Part shown: positions 38,283 through 51,624 of the stretch, in pieces
Layout: each line of letters starts with the position of its first letter
How positions within the stretch are numbered: the stretch's first letter is position 1
NCBI RefSeq assembly: GCF_001194135.2
Contig: NC_068987.1
Coordinates: 77,543,719 to 77,607,718 of the forward strand
DNA length: 64,000 bases
Origin: Octopus bimaculoides
Lineage: Eukaryota
Direction of reading: 5' to 3'
Translations under genes and position numbers: made by a program
The notes under the pieces: generated by a model
Told to the model about the DNA's origin: nothing
The model's database searches: none
Seen by the model: the letters and a program-made list of their open reading frames with translations, nothing else

Positions 38283-38526
38283 TTAGAAAAAAATTAAGGT
38301 ACTCAGAAATCTGAATGGTTGTACATTTACAGATTTTTATTAATATGTCAGATGTTTTATAAATCATATAAAGCGCTTTTCACCTAGTCTTGTAGGATTT
38401 TCAAATTTGAAAATCCTACAAGACTAGGTGAAAAGCGCTTTATATGATGTATAAAATATGTGACATTAATAAAAATCTGTAAATGTACAACCATCCAGAT
38501 TTCTGAGTACCTTAATTTTTTTCTAA
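38283..38526. repeat. Spacerless ~244-bp palindrome
   Basis: Centre TCAAA|TTTGA at 38405/38406. Arms are ~120 bp with a few mismatches and a small indel. Confidence 0.95.
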
Positions 38527-38578
38527 TATATAATTCCTGTACATCACCTTCAAACCTTCCAATATATATATATATAGG

Positions 38579-38762
38579 CGTATATACATAAATATATATA
38601 GGCATAGGAGTGGCTGCGTGGTAAGTAGCTTGCTTGTGAACCATATGGTTCTGGGTTCAGTTCCACTGCGTGGCACCTTGGGCAAGTGTCTTCTACTATA
38701 GCCTCGGGCCAACCAAAGCCTTGTGAGTGGATTTGGTAGATGGAAACTGAAAGAAGCCCGTC

Positions 38763-38812
<50 letters not shown>

Positions 38813-39010
38813 ATGTATGTATATGTTTGCATGTCTGTGTTTGTCCCCCCAACATTGCTTGACAACCAATGCTAGTGTGTTTACGTCCCCGTAACTTAGC
38901 GGTTCGGCAAAAGACACCAGTAGAATAAGTCCTGGTGTCGATTTGATCGACTAAAGGTGTTGCTCCAGCATGGCCACAGTCAAATGACTGAAACAAGTAA
39001 AAGACTAAAA
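38579..39010 (+). mobile_element. SINE family A, full-length copy
   Basis: Same head, body and tail. Confidence 0.85.
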
Positions 39011-39223
39011 GAATATATATATATATATGATATAAGTGAGTTCTTAAATACACTGGTTATATTGCTAAAACACTAATTCAATGTAATAAAGATATATATA
39101 AAATATACATAACACACACTTATGAATTTCTGTCATTTCTAATAAGGATTCAGTTATTTGATCAATTGAACTACTTCTTAGCTCAGTAAATAGCCAAACA
39201 TTCCATAAACACATTAACACTTT

Positions 39224-39540
39224 TTGATATTTAAGAGATGAGGAATTCTGTATATTATTTACATTATACGGATATTTGTCCTCATCTTGTTTGTTGTTAA
39301 CACAACGTTTCGGCTGATATAACCTCCAGCCTTTGGGGGAAATTTCGAACCTGGGTTCTCATTCCTAAGGTATTTTTCGATGTTATTATTATTATTATTA
39401 TTGTTATTATTATTATTAGTATTCAGGTCACTGCTTGGAATCGAACTCGGAATCTTGGGGCATAGTGGTTATGAGCATGGGCTACTAACATCAAGATTCC
39501 AAGTTCGATTCCAAGCAGTGACCTGAACACTAATAATAAC

Positions 39541-39583
<43 letters not shown>

Positions 39584-39715
39584 TCGAAAAATACCTTAGG
39601 AATGAGAACCCAAGTTCAAAATTTCCCCAAGACACCTGGAGGGTACATCAGCCGAAATGTGTTAACAACAGACAAGATGAGGACAAATATCCGTCGAATG
39701 TAAATAATGTAAATA
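39224..39715. mobile_element. Inverted pair of Penelope-family terminal repeats with no coding core
   Basis: Two arms in opposite orientation that match the 58424-58685 and 60108-60401 repeats, each with internal (AAT)n. Flanked by a 13-bp direct repeat ACATTAACACTTT (39211-39223, 39716-39728). Confidence 0.85.
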
Positions 39716-40049
39716 ACATTAACACTTTGTCTATCATGGGAGCCACTGGTGCCTCTATGTTCTCAATATGACACAAAATGGGCAGGGCTTGGCCGGCAAA
39801 GCATTATGATGAGCAGACCAGAAAAAGATTTTCTGAAATACCCGGATGACTCACTAGAAGTAGTCATTACCTTTTGTAACTGAGAAAATGTCACAAGCAC
39901 AGGCGTGGTTTGCTCGAAAAGTAGAGTAACCAGAGTGAGAACAAGTTAGGAAAGCTCAGGGACTGACTACAACTGCTGTCAACAAAGGTTTTTGTCCCTC
40001 AGAGTGAAAGGCAGGTTGTATGACACCAGTGTCATGTGATACATGGTCC

Positions 40050-40410
40050 TTGAAAAGACTGAAAAGAAATGAAACTAGCATACTCTGCTAGATGTGCATG
40101 AATGACAAAGTACAAATGCATTGCGAGAAAAACTAGACATAAGAGAAACCAAATGTAGTGTGTGAGAAAGAAAACTTCACTGGCATGGACTTGAGATGTG
40201 TATGGATGAGGACAGCTGTAAAAATATATGCTGATCACTTAAGGTAGATGGAGCTTGCTCAAGATGGAGACCCAGGAAGATATGGGACAAAATGGATGTT
40301 GAAGGCTGATCTCAGGAGTTTGAGCCTCACAGAGGAGATGAGAAAAGACAATGATGACTTGCAATATGCAGTTCTTGAGAAGGTCTGCTCACCTCAGCAA
40401 GACTATATGT
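40050..40410 (+). mobile_element. Decayed RTE LINE C-terminal fragment
   Basis: RLKRNETSIL-type segment followed by a ..RPRKIW..DLRSLSLTEEMRK..AVLEK-like segment with frameshifts. Confidence 0.6.
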
Positions 40411-41414
40411 GTGTGCAACTGTCACTAATTTACCCAATCTATTTAAGACACCCTCACCACCTATCATCTTTCTAACTGCAATATTCTGCTACTGTAATTA
40501 AATATGAGTAGAACTGCATAATTTCCAGCATTTCCATTTATTCTTACTACCAAGAACCATTTCACTTGTTATCCAACTTTCATTCTTAATACTGCCCTCT
40601 CCATCTACATTTTACATTGATCACACCCAGCTACACATCTCTCTTTTTTTCATTCATTGACTCTCATCCTTCCTATATCTTCAGTACCATTATTACTATT
40701 CTGCTGCCTCTTCAACTCACCTTTTTCTGCACTGTCAGTCATTTTGTACTCTCCATACACCAACTGATATGTATCATTGGTAACCTTTACCCTTTAACCA
40801 TCATTCACTACATCCACCTCCTCAATTTCTACAGTTGTCACCTACTCTTCCCTACTTCCCTATTTATCATCCTTCAACACACGTTGTTCATTATATTCAC
40901 CCCTAACCTACTCCCCCATCTCTAGCTAGCTCTCACTCTCCGATATACTCTTATAAACTCTACCCACCCACATACTTTGTCATCCTGTCACCATTCACTT
41001 TTACTCACATTGAATTATGAGGGCCTACCTCAGACACCCCTCTATTATTTTTATCACTTTCCAGTTCCAACACAGTCAGTTTCACTTTCTCTTCTATAAC
41101 ATGAGTAACCAAGTCACTCCTGTACAGCAAGACACCTGGTCCAGCCTCTTCTCTCATATGTTAATCCCACATCTTCTAGCATAAACCACCATCCTCTCCA
41201 CTGTTGCCCCACCAAACCAATGGAGATCTTAGTCTTACCAGCTGAATGGTGACCTCACTTGAGCTGGTACAATGAAAAAAGTACCTAGTACATATTGTAA
41301 AGTGTTTGCATAAAGAAGGACATCCAAACCACAAAAACCATGCTAAAATGCAGTCTTGTCAAATCATCCTAACCATGCCAGCATGGAACATGGACATCTC
41401 ATGATGATATACAT

Positions 41415-41456
<42 letters not shown>

Positions 41457-41850
41457 NNNNNNNNNNNNNNNNNNNNNNNNNNNNNNNNNNNNNNNNNNNN
41501 NNNNNNNNNNNNNNNNNNNNNNNNNNNNNNNNNNNNNNNNNNNNNNNNNNNNNNNNNNNNNNNNNNNNNNNNNNNNNNNNNNNNNNNNNNNNNNNNNNNN
41601 NNNNNNNNNNNNNNNNNNNNNNNNNNNNTTTCTTCATATGGTGAGTTGTAGTGAAAAAATATATAATAAAAGAAGGGAAATGCACACAATTTACATATTC
41701 TAAATATATTTCAAAGGATAGAATATCATAATAGTCTACCAGTTTCACATTCTGCTATTCATGACATTGAAAATGGTGAAAATATTGTAATTTTGTATAT
41801 TCTTAAGAAGTTTTTAGACTGTGTTGATTGTATGAGGGTCTGTCTGTAAA

Positions 41851-41886
<36 letters not shown>

Positions 41887-44094
41887 CAGTGTGCTATTCT
41901 GTGATGGTAAGATCAGCAAAAAAGTTCTCCATCTGGTGAGAGATAAACATTATTTGATAAACACAATTTTTTGTTTGAAGTTTTCTAAACTGACCAACAG
42001 CGTTTCTACTTTCTTACTGTGACAGTCTTTAGCTGTTCCGTTTTTCTTGTATTTGAGAGTTTATTCTGTTTTCTTAATGCTTAACTAATGTTTTAATATT
42101 CATAAACTTAAACAATTTACCATGCACTGCAACATTTATAAGAGATTTCTTCATCATTATAGAAGCACAGGAAGTTCTTTTGAGGTAAGTTGCTGCCATA
42201 CTGTATGACAGTGACACTTAAGTTTGATTTGATTTTTTTCCCACTATGACAAATAAAAATCTTTCTCCCTAAATGTTCAAGCAAAATTTCCACTTGCTTC
42301 TGTCTATTTTTTGTTATAGGATTTTAATCTTAGATGGTGGTGGTGGTGTTAGTAGTGAGGGGAGATAAAAGAAAAGAGAATAAAGCAAAAGAAAGAGAAT
42401 GGAAGAAAATATGGGTTTTGATTGAGGTGGAATGAAGTAAGAAGGGTAGCTATTAGAATGGTAAAAGAATTTTTTTTTTAAATGGTAGATAAATGAGTCA
42501 ATGAAATTGGAACCAGTGGGGAGAGAATTACAATGATCTCAGTGAAGAAGTTGTTGGGTATGTGTTTAAAAATAGAAAAAGATAAATGAAATAATGAATG
42601 ACAATTGTAAATACAAAGAAGGAAAAAGAAAAAAGTGACGATCTAGAAGGTTGTGGAGAATAGGGAGAATAAAAGAGCTTAGCTGTTCTTCCATGGACAC
42701 TCAGTCCTGTATGCCTCGGCCCCTTGAAGAAACGGTGACAGAAGACAGGCAAGGTGCCGCATTTTCGGCGGCCGAATGAAGCGTGAAGGAGAAGGAAATA
42801 TTTAACTTGCTTGAAAAGGAAGGGTATCTGGCCGTATAAAATCTGTCTCAACGAATTTCGTCTGACCCATGAAAGCATGGAAAAGTGAATTTTACAATGA
42901 TGATGATGATGAAGCTCGTATGTTGTAGAGAGATAAAAAAAAAAACATTGATGTTCGGTGACTGAGCAAAAAGAAAAAAATAACTTTTCCCCCAAAGAAA
43001 AAGGTTCAGTCCCCATTATAATTTTTGCTGACGTAGCCCTTTATTTTATTGGGGTTATTAGCTTTGTTACGAAAAACACGATTTGTCTTTCGATAATTCG
43101 ATCTCTCCTTTCTATCTCTAAGACCTGAATAATTAAATGTTGCCGGAAATTGGCAAAATGCTGCTTAAACAGGAGTTCTTCACTTTTCATAAGGTAATAT
43201 TGACATAATTGCCACTGGTGATAAAGTGTCAGAATAAGTATATGACAGTTCGAGTGTTTCAAGTGTTTATTTACCCTCTTCCAACCTCATTGGCGCTAAG
43301 TTCAAATTCAGTTGTAAGTCATTTTTGCTTTTCATACCTTCGGAATCGATAAAATAAACACCGACTGCCAGGAATAGGCTGGATCAACTTAAGCTTTTAC
43401 AAACCCATGGTTTCGCACCAACGAGGATGTCACTCGACCTGTTAGAACTAAAACTTCGGTCTCTCTGAAATTACAATCTGCCGAACTCATTAGATAATAT
43501 AATATGAAATATACTACATTTGAGAAAAGAAAAATATCAGAATTGTTACAACTGGTTCATTATTTGGTTGGAGGTGTGCTCGATCAAGTCTAAGAACATA
43601 GAAGAGCAAAGTTTATTTTCAATTTTTAAAAAAATATTCCTGCTTTGTACTAAGGTAAACAAACGTTTTCCAAAATTTCAGCATTTTGTTTACGTTTTTG
43701 TACATTTGCACACAATCGTTTTCTTTTCTATTAAACAGAAGCAGTGTTTCTTTTAAACTTTGCCCTTGTGCGCGCACACACGTTTTACATCGAGCGTTGA
43801 AAGAAAACAAAAAATTGCGCGCACGCAAAGTTTTCAAGACGTTATCGAATTTTTTTTTCTTATAATTGAAGAAATTTGAGCTATAGTTACTCGCATATAT
43901 GTACATATACTTCGCAAAGAAAGGCAAAATTTGCACACAAGCAAATTTGTGCACACTGAAAGCAGAAAAAAAACAGAGAGCACGACTGGATATGAGATGC
44001 TTTAATCCGAAATGCGATAAATCGTTTTATCTGAGGTTAAAACAATTTCGTTGGCCAAAACTTCCACCTGTTTTATCAAAATGGTCGTATAACC

Positions 44095-44350
44095 CAGGGG
44101 TTTTCAAATTGTGGTCCGCAAGGACAAGATAGGGGGTCCGTGGACAGCAAATATTTTTTATGGGAAATTTGATTTTATATATGTTTTTTAATCGAAATCT
44201 TGTAATTGACAATAAACCTATTTGTTAAATAAATGTAAAAATATATGTTATTTTAAGCAAATATTTATGTATAAATTTCGTAAGCGTTTATAAGGGGGTA
44301 AAGCCTGAAATATAAAAGAGTCCGCAAGTCAAAAAGTTTGAAAGGACATG
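44095..44350. mobile_element. hAT-type MITE
   Basis: Ends CAGGGGTTTTCAAA / TTTGAAAGGACATG. Perfect 8-bp TSD GTATAACC at 44087-44094 and 44351-44358. Confidence 0.85.
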
Positions 44351-44659
44351 GTATAACCAAATATTTAATCTTTGGATTTTGCGTCTAATACATTACTAGT
44401 AGTAATATTTCCTCCAAGCTTTCATTTTACCAGTTAGGTCTCCAAGAGTAATAAATAATTTTTATGTTGTAGGGCAAAGCGAAGATGATGAAAGGTGTCA
44501 ACGGTTTAAACAAATGATTCCATTAATGATATTAATTGGTAATAGTTCAAACACCAGAATAAATTTTCACTCATTGAGGAAAAAGAGAAGTCAAGCGTTT
44601 CAGGCAGAACAACACTTGAACGGAGATGAAATGTCAACTAGTGATGAAGGAAGGACAAA

Positions 44660-44945
44660 TGAGATGGGATGATAGATAGATAGATAGGAAGTGAGAGATA
44701 CAGAGCTAGATGGGGGATGGATGGACGAGAGAGTGACAGACACATGGGTAGATAGATAGATAGATAGGAAAAGAGGGATACAGGGCTAGATGGGGGTGGA
44801 TGGATGAGCGAAAGGGAGAGAGAGAGACAGCTAGGTACATGGGTAGATAGATAGATAGATAGGAAGAGAGAGATACAGAGCTAGATGGGGGATGGATGGA
44901 CGAGAGAGTGACAGACATTTGGGTAGATAGATAGATAGATAGATG
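44660..44945 (+). repeat. ~90-bp tandem repeat (about 3 copies) built on GATA/GGAT units
   Basis: The unit GATAGGAAG..AGATACAGAGCTAGATGGGGGATGGATGGACGAGAGAGTGACAGAC recurs. Confidence 0.8.
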
Positions 44946-45266
44946 AGAGGGTGTTACGGAGAAGTGGAAAGAGGTAACAATTGTTATTAGAGTGGGAGGA
45001 TAAAGCGGTCAGAGCTAGGAGGACTTGCATCAACGTCAAAGTATGTGCAAACTGAAAAGTACTATTGATATTGGTTATGTAGAGGTCAAGGTGATTCCAT
45101 GAATGTAACGGACGCGCGAGCGCTAAATCATATATTTGATGATAGAAAAAAAAATCAAAACAATAGATAAATGAAAAAGATAGGTTTGTATAGTACAGGG
45201 TGGTAATATCTACATACACCACGGATACATATTTGTATGTATGCATGTATGTATGTAAGTATACAC

Positions 45267-45302
<36 letters not shown>

Positions 45303-45894
45303 AATGTATATTTATTTATATATACATATGTATATGTACATATATATTTATACACACACTTATATTAGTGTATGTATATATATATATATACACACACACA
45401 AATGTATATTTATTTATATATACATATGTATATGTACATATATATTTATACNNNNNNNNNNNNNNNNNNNNNNNNNNNNNNNNNNNNNNNNNNNNNNNNN
45501 NNNNNNNNNNNNNNNNNNNNNNNNNNNNNNNNNNNNNNNNNNNNNNNNNNNNNNNNNNNNNNNNNNNNNNNNNNNNNNNNNNNNNNNNNNNNNNNNNNNN
45601 NNNNNNNNNNNNNNNNNNNNNNNNNNNNNNNNNNNNNNNNNNNNNNNNNNNNNNNNNNNNNNNNNNNNNNNNNNNNNNNNNNNNNNNNNNNNNNNNNNNN
45701 NNNNNNNNNNNNNNNNNNNNNNNNNNNNNNNNNNNNNNNNNNNNNNNNNNNNNNNNNNNNNNNNNNNNNNNNNNNNNNNNNNNNNNNNNNNNNNNNNNNN
45801 NNNNNNNNNNNNNNNNNNNNNNNNNNNNNNNNNNNNNNNNNNNNNNNNNNNNNNNTATATATATATATATATATACATACATATATAGAGAGAA

Positions 45895-45925
<31 letters not shown>

Positions 45926-48593
45926 GAGGAAGAGAGAGTTGTTTTTAACTTTCACATTTCTTTAACGTTTTAGCGTAACATTCATTCGTTCTTTTTTATT
46001 ATAGTAAATTAAAACGTGGTTTCCATTTAGTTTATTTATCTAATTCACCTAGTTCCTTCTTTTGTCGGTTTCCTTTACTGGACTACGACCATGCTGGAGC
46101 AATCTCTTTAAGATTTTTTTAATCGATTATATCGACTCCACTACTTATTCTATTAATATCCATTTAGGAAACCGCTATCGGGGACATAAATACAAACAAC
46201 AACTGTGTGCTGTGTATGACTGTGTATTTGTGTGTGTGTGTGTGTGTGTCCAACTATTCTTTCATTTATTTATCTTATTTCATCCAAGCGATGTGTGGAT
46301 TTAGCGGCGTGACATGTTATGTTGTTGGTGGTAGCTGCTGTGTTGTTTGAGTCGTGTGTTACCGTTGTTTTGTGTCCGTATCCCTGGTATTGCTGCAATT
46401 CATCTTCCCCTATTGCATCGATTTTGTGGTGAGTGTCCCTTTTGTTTGTGTGTCGGCGTCGTGTCTGTAATATTATTTGTTGTAGCTGCTGTTATGGTTG
46501 TGTACCCCACACCTCTTTCTTGCTGCATCGATTTGGTGTGACGTTTGTCGATGTTGTAGTTTGTCGGCGATGCCTTTTTCTTTTGCTATGTTAATTTGTT
46601 TAGTTGATGTTGGTTATTGCTTCTATCGTTGTGTAACTGTTGTTGTCTCTATTGTTGTTAACATAGTTGTCTGACTTATAAAGTCCCCCCAAAGGCCAAC
46701 AACAACACTGTCTGAAATCCTCTCGGGTCATCTCGACCAACCCATCGCGCAAATATCATAACGTCGCTGCCACCACCACAACTCACCCACCACTTACAAC
46801 AGTAGCAAGAACACAACCCGCAACATCAAAACTCTCAGAGCCACCAACAACTCCCGCTAACAACACATTAATAACACCATTACCCATAATTAAAACTTAC
46901 ATAACTAGCAACACAACTCGAAACAACTGAACACTACCACTAGAGGATTATCTCTACACGCTGTCTCGCAGTCTGTTAGAAATAGCAGTCAAAGTCCCTC
47001 ATATCACTATACCTTATTGACTGAATGAAAACGGAGAACATAGAAAATGTTGTCGGAGATTTACGAAATAATGGGGAGATTGAGGCTGAGACAACATCGA
47101 CCGTATGTATGTTCAAATATGTGGAGCTCGCTGAATAACAACAGCGTTACTAAATAAGCTATACGACCGTCAATACTACACCACAAACAACAATACCGCC
47201 ACGACCACCACTGTCCATACAAACAAGAACACCCGTGCAAACTAAACCAGTCTGGCTACTTAAGAAACCTTAAGAATTTGAAATGAAAGCAACAAGAATT
47301 GACAATTAAATGACAACCAAAGAAGTGTTCAGTAGTACATGTGTGTTTATATGTGTGCGTGTGCGTGTGTGTGTGTGTTATGCACACTTTTCCTAGATTC
47401 AACCGGTGGGATATGACCATGCTGGAGCAGTCATCACAAATATATTTGCGTGTTTGCGCGAGTTTATAATTTGTATGTATGTGAGTGCATGCGAGTGTAA
47501 CTGGCATGTTAGTATCTACAATTTGTATGTTTGCATATTTATGTGAATGCGTGTATTTTGTATTTCTATATCTATAATTTATATTTGTGTGTGTGTGTGT
47601 GTAATTTATATTTGTGGATAGATAGATAGATAGAGAGCTGTCAATATCTGATTATGTACGTGTAAAAAAACTGGGTGTTTCTTTATCATTGTTTTGTTTT
47701 TTGCCTTTTAGTTTTTTTTTCTAGGTCCCTGTATGGTCCTACCTTGAGAAGATGACATCGTCTGTGTGAGAAAAGGGTGGAAAGATTCCAAGTGAAGAGA
47801 AGTAACGTCCGTCTGTGGAAATACAGAGAAGCGATGCACACTTCACGCCTGGAAGGGAAAAAGAGTTGAATCTGATAGAAAGAAAGAAAGCGTAGACAAG
47901 AAAGAATAGAAGAAGAAAGTGTGAAGAGAGTGAAGGAAGAGAATGAGAGAGAGGGGGAGAAGGGGAGAGAAGAGAAAGCAGAAAGGCGTGAAAGAGAAAT
48001 ACTGAATTGGGCATCGATAGAGAGAAAGAAAGAGTGAGAGTAAGAGATAAAGAAAGTGTGAGAGTAAGAGTCAAAGAAACATGGGTGAGGTTGGAGAAAA
48101 ATAGATTAAATAAATAGGCAAATAGATAGAGATAAAAGAAAGGGCATGAGAAAGAGGTTATGAGGTAGGTAGGTAACTAAGTAGGTAGACGGATGGATAG
48201 ACAAGCAAATAACTTAGATACTTTGTATAAATAATGAGCCAGACACAACAAACGGTTGACACATTAACACGTACCACTATAAGAAGGGATTCATACACAC
48301 ACACATATATATACATCCTGGCACTCTGTCGATTATGACGATGATGGTTCCAGTTGATCCGATCAACGGAACAGTCTACTCGTGAAATTAGCGTGCAAGT
48401 GGCTTAATATTCCATAGACACGCGTACCTTAACGTAGTTCTCGGGGATATTCCACTACCCTTTGAATACTCATTTTTTTTTTCCACATTAGGAAATGTGA
48501 AATAAAATGTTTTGCTCAAGGACACGACGCGAGGTATTGAACTCACGACTTTAGGATCTTGAGCCGAATACTCTACCCACTTATCCACTTGCC

Positions 48594-48631
<38 letters not shown>

Positions 48632-48681
48632 TATATATAAATATATATATATATAGTGAGAGAGAGAAGAATATATATACG

Positions 48682-48715
<34 letters not shown>

Positions 48716-48859
48716 TACACACGCATATATTTTACATTGGCGCAGGCTTGACTATGTAGGTAACATGTTCGCTTTGCAACCACATGGTATTAACTTCAGT
48801 CCCGCTGCACAGCTGCTTGGGTAAGTGTCTTTTACCATAGCCCCCGGCTGACCAATTCC

Positions 48860-49598
48860 GGGTAAATTTTTTGAGTAACACCTGCACGATGTTCACTAAT
48901 TAAAAAAAAAAAGGTGGGGATTTTTTGCGTGGAATCAAGTACCCTGACCTCCTAATATGCTGCAAATCCCTTATTTAGGTTCGGAAAAATGGGGGGGGGG
49001 ACCTCCCCTGTCCCGGAAATATTGAAATTTGTTTTTTTTAATGAATTCCTGTCACCTCCTAATATGCTGCAAAACCATTTTTGGGGTTCGAAAAACGCGG
49101 TGGAGTGAGGTGAAAGCCTCGGAAATTCCCCACNNNNNNNNNNNNNNNNNNNNNNNNNNNNNNNNNNNNNNNNNNNNNNNNNNNNNNNNNNNNNNNNNNN
49201 NNNNNNNNNNNNNNNNNNNNNNNNNNNNNNNNNNNNNNNNNNNNNNNNNNNNNNNNNNNNATCCGAGTTCTTTTTTTTCTTAGTGAAAATCGTGCTGGTG
49301 CAAAGATCAATGGGGAATAGGGGGATTTCCGAGGCTTCTACCTCACCCTACCCCGTTTTTCGGATCCCCAAAAGGGTTTTGCAGCATATTAGGAGGTCAC
49401 AGGAATTCATTCAACGAAAAAAGAAAAAAAAATTTCCAATGATTTCGGGACGGAGGAGGGGTCGCTCCCCACCTTTTCCCTGAACCATAATAAAGGATTT
49501 GCAGCATATTAGGTCAGAGTACTTGATTCCATGCAAAAAATCCGAGTTTTTTTTTTTTTTCTTAGTGAAAATGGTGCGGGTGTTACTCAAAACATTTA
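48860..49598. mobile_element. Long-TIR foldback/Mutator-like non-autonomous element inserted in a SINE
   Basis: ~270-bp inverted arms either side of the gap 49134-49260, with internal subrepeat CTCCTAATATGCTGCAAA. 9-bp direct repeat ACCAATTCC at 48851-48859 and 49599-49607. Confidence 0.6.
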
Positions 49599-51221
49599 AC
49601 CAATTCCTTTTTGAGTGAATTTGGTTCACGGAAACTGTATCGAAGCCCGTCGAATATGTACGCGTTTGAACGCGCGTGCAAGCGTATGTGTTTGTCTCTG
49701 TATACATGCGTCTTAATGTGCACATGTGTGTGTGTGTTTGTGTACACTGAAGCTTGACAACAAGCGTTCGTTTGTTTGCGTCCCTGCAACTTAGCGGTTC
49801 GACAACAGACGATAGAATAAATACCAGACTTTAAAAATATGTGCTGCGGTCGACTTGTTCGACAAAAGCCTTCATTGTGGCATCCCACCACAGCATAGCC
49901 GCTGTCCAATGAATGAAAGGCGTAAAAGTTATCATGTGTGTGTGTGAAGGACTTATAATCCTTTAAGGGATGCTAGCATCCTAGTTCTCTGGTTTATATA
50001 AGTGTTCAATGAAAGATACATTTATTAGTTTGCATGTTAATTTCTCCATTTTCTTCCTTTTCTCATACGCGCGCACACACACACACACATATATATGACA
50101 AAAAACCTGTCAATGAACTGACTCTTTCACCCTTTCTGATTTATGACTGGCTGTTCGCACACTAGTTTAGGCCCGTCACCAGACTTTGGTGCCCGGGGGT
50201 GCTACAGAATATTCTGGGTGGGTACTAATTTGTAATAATGCTAAGATGGGGTTTCGAAATACGAGTATCATTGTAAATCTGAAGGTGCACAATTGAATTG
50301 TGAGGAGGAAGTGCCCTCCAGTGCATCCGCTTAGCGACAGACATGCAGAAGTCGATATACTTATTATTTGTTATCTCCACTGTGACTAGTATTGTAGTTG
50401 TTGTTGCTGCTGCTAAGGTCCTCGGTATTGAGTTTGCAGGGCTTTGGGTTCATCTCTGTTTCATTCCTGCTCTGCTTTGAGTGTACATGTATGTAAGCGG
50501 TTGCGAGTGTGAACAAGTGTATATTTGTATTTGCCGATCTACATGTATGAAAGGACATGGCCTCCACTGTCGATCTTTCTATTTCTTTAATCCATTCTAC
50601 AACTCGTCGTCCTGTTTTTTTTTTTTTTTTCGCCACTCCATTGATATTGGAGGAAATTTGCGCAATTAGGATATATTCTAGGCAAACTTAACACTATATT
50701 TTGTATTTCTTGTCAAAACACCGATTAGGTACGATGAAATTTTATAATTTCACCAATGTGCAATCCTGTCAGTTGATTTAACGAAATGCGTGTTTTATAA
50801 AGCTTATAACTCCAAATGTTTGCTGTATTTTATTAATACTATATATATANNNNNNNNNNNNNNNNNNNNNNNNNNNNNNNNNNNNNNNNNNNNNNNNNNN
50901 NNNNNNNNNNNNNNNNNNNNNNNNNNNNNNNNNNNNNNNNNNNNNNNNNNNNNNNNNNNNNNNNNNNNNNNNNNNNNNNNNNNNNNNNNNNNNNNNNNNN
51001 NNNNNNNNNNNNNNNNNNNNNNNNNNNNNNNNNNNNNNNNNNNNNNNNNNNNNNNNNNNNNNNNNNNNNNNNNNNNNNNNNNNNNNNNNNNNNNNNNNNN
51101 NNNNNNNNNNNNNNNNNNNNNNNNNNNNNNNNNNNNNNNNNNNNNNNNNNNNNNNNNNNNNNNNNNNNNNNNNNNNNNNNNNNNNNNNNNNNNNNNNNNN
51201 NNNNNNNNNNNNNAGAGAGAG

Positions 51222-51269
<48 letters not shown>

Positions 51270-51582
51270 TGCTGAGTTTACTCGCGGATCAGCGACACTT
51301 GTGAAACTCAGAGTAGGAAAAGATAAAAATCTCAGTACTACATCGTTGTCTCAGGATTGAACTGACTAGCCTGACTAAAAGTATAGAAATACGACTTATT
51401 TGCTAATTCTAAACTTCAGTCTGACTTAAACTGTTTTTAAGTGAATATTATTTGAGTTGAAAACAAATTATACCCAAAGTATATCATTATACTGTCAAGA
51501 TAGGATTTATTATTAAGGAAATTTGTTTTCTTTAATTGGATGTACTGCACTCACCAAGCATACCCAGAATATACGCCCATTT

Positions 51583-51624
<42 letters not shown>

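Noticed and set aside
40440-41250. Pyrimidine-rich tract possibly from a decayed RTE endonuclease region (minus strand)
   Set aside because: No motif could be translated convincingly by eye, so it is left unannotated.
42116-42160. Candidate chitinase first exon ATG ATG AAG AAA...CAT G|GTAAAT on the minus strand near the CpG transition
   Set aside because: The donor is phase 1 (or phase 0 from the inner ATG), but the 27498 exon needs phase 2. It works only with an unseen intermediate exon.
45240-45451. ~104-bp tandem duplication next to a gap
   Set aside because: Low-complexity (TA/CA) sequence at a contig end, likely slippage or assembly redundancy.
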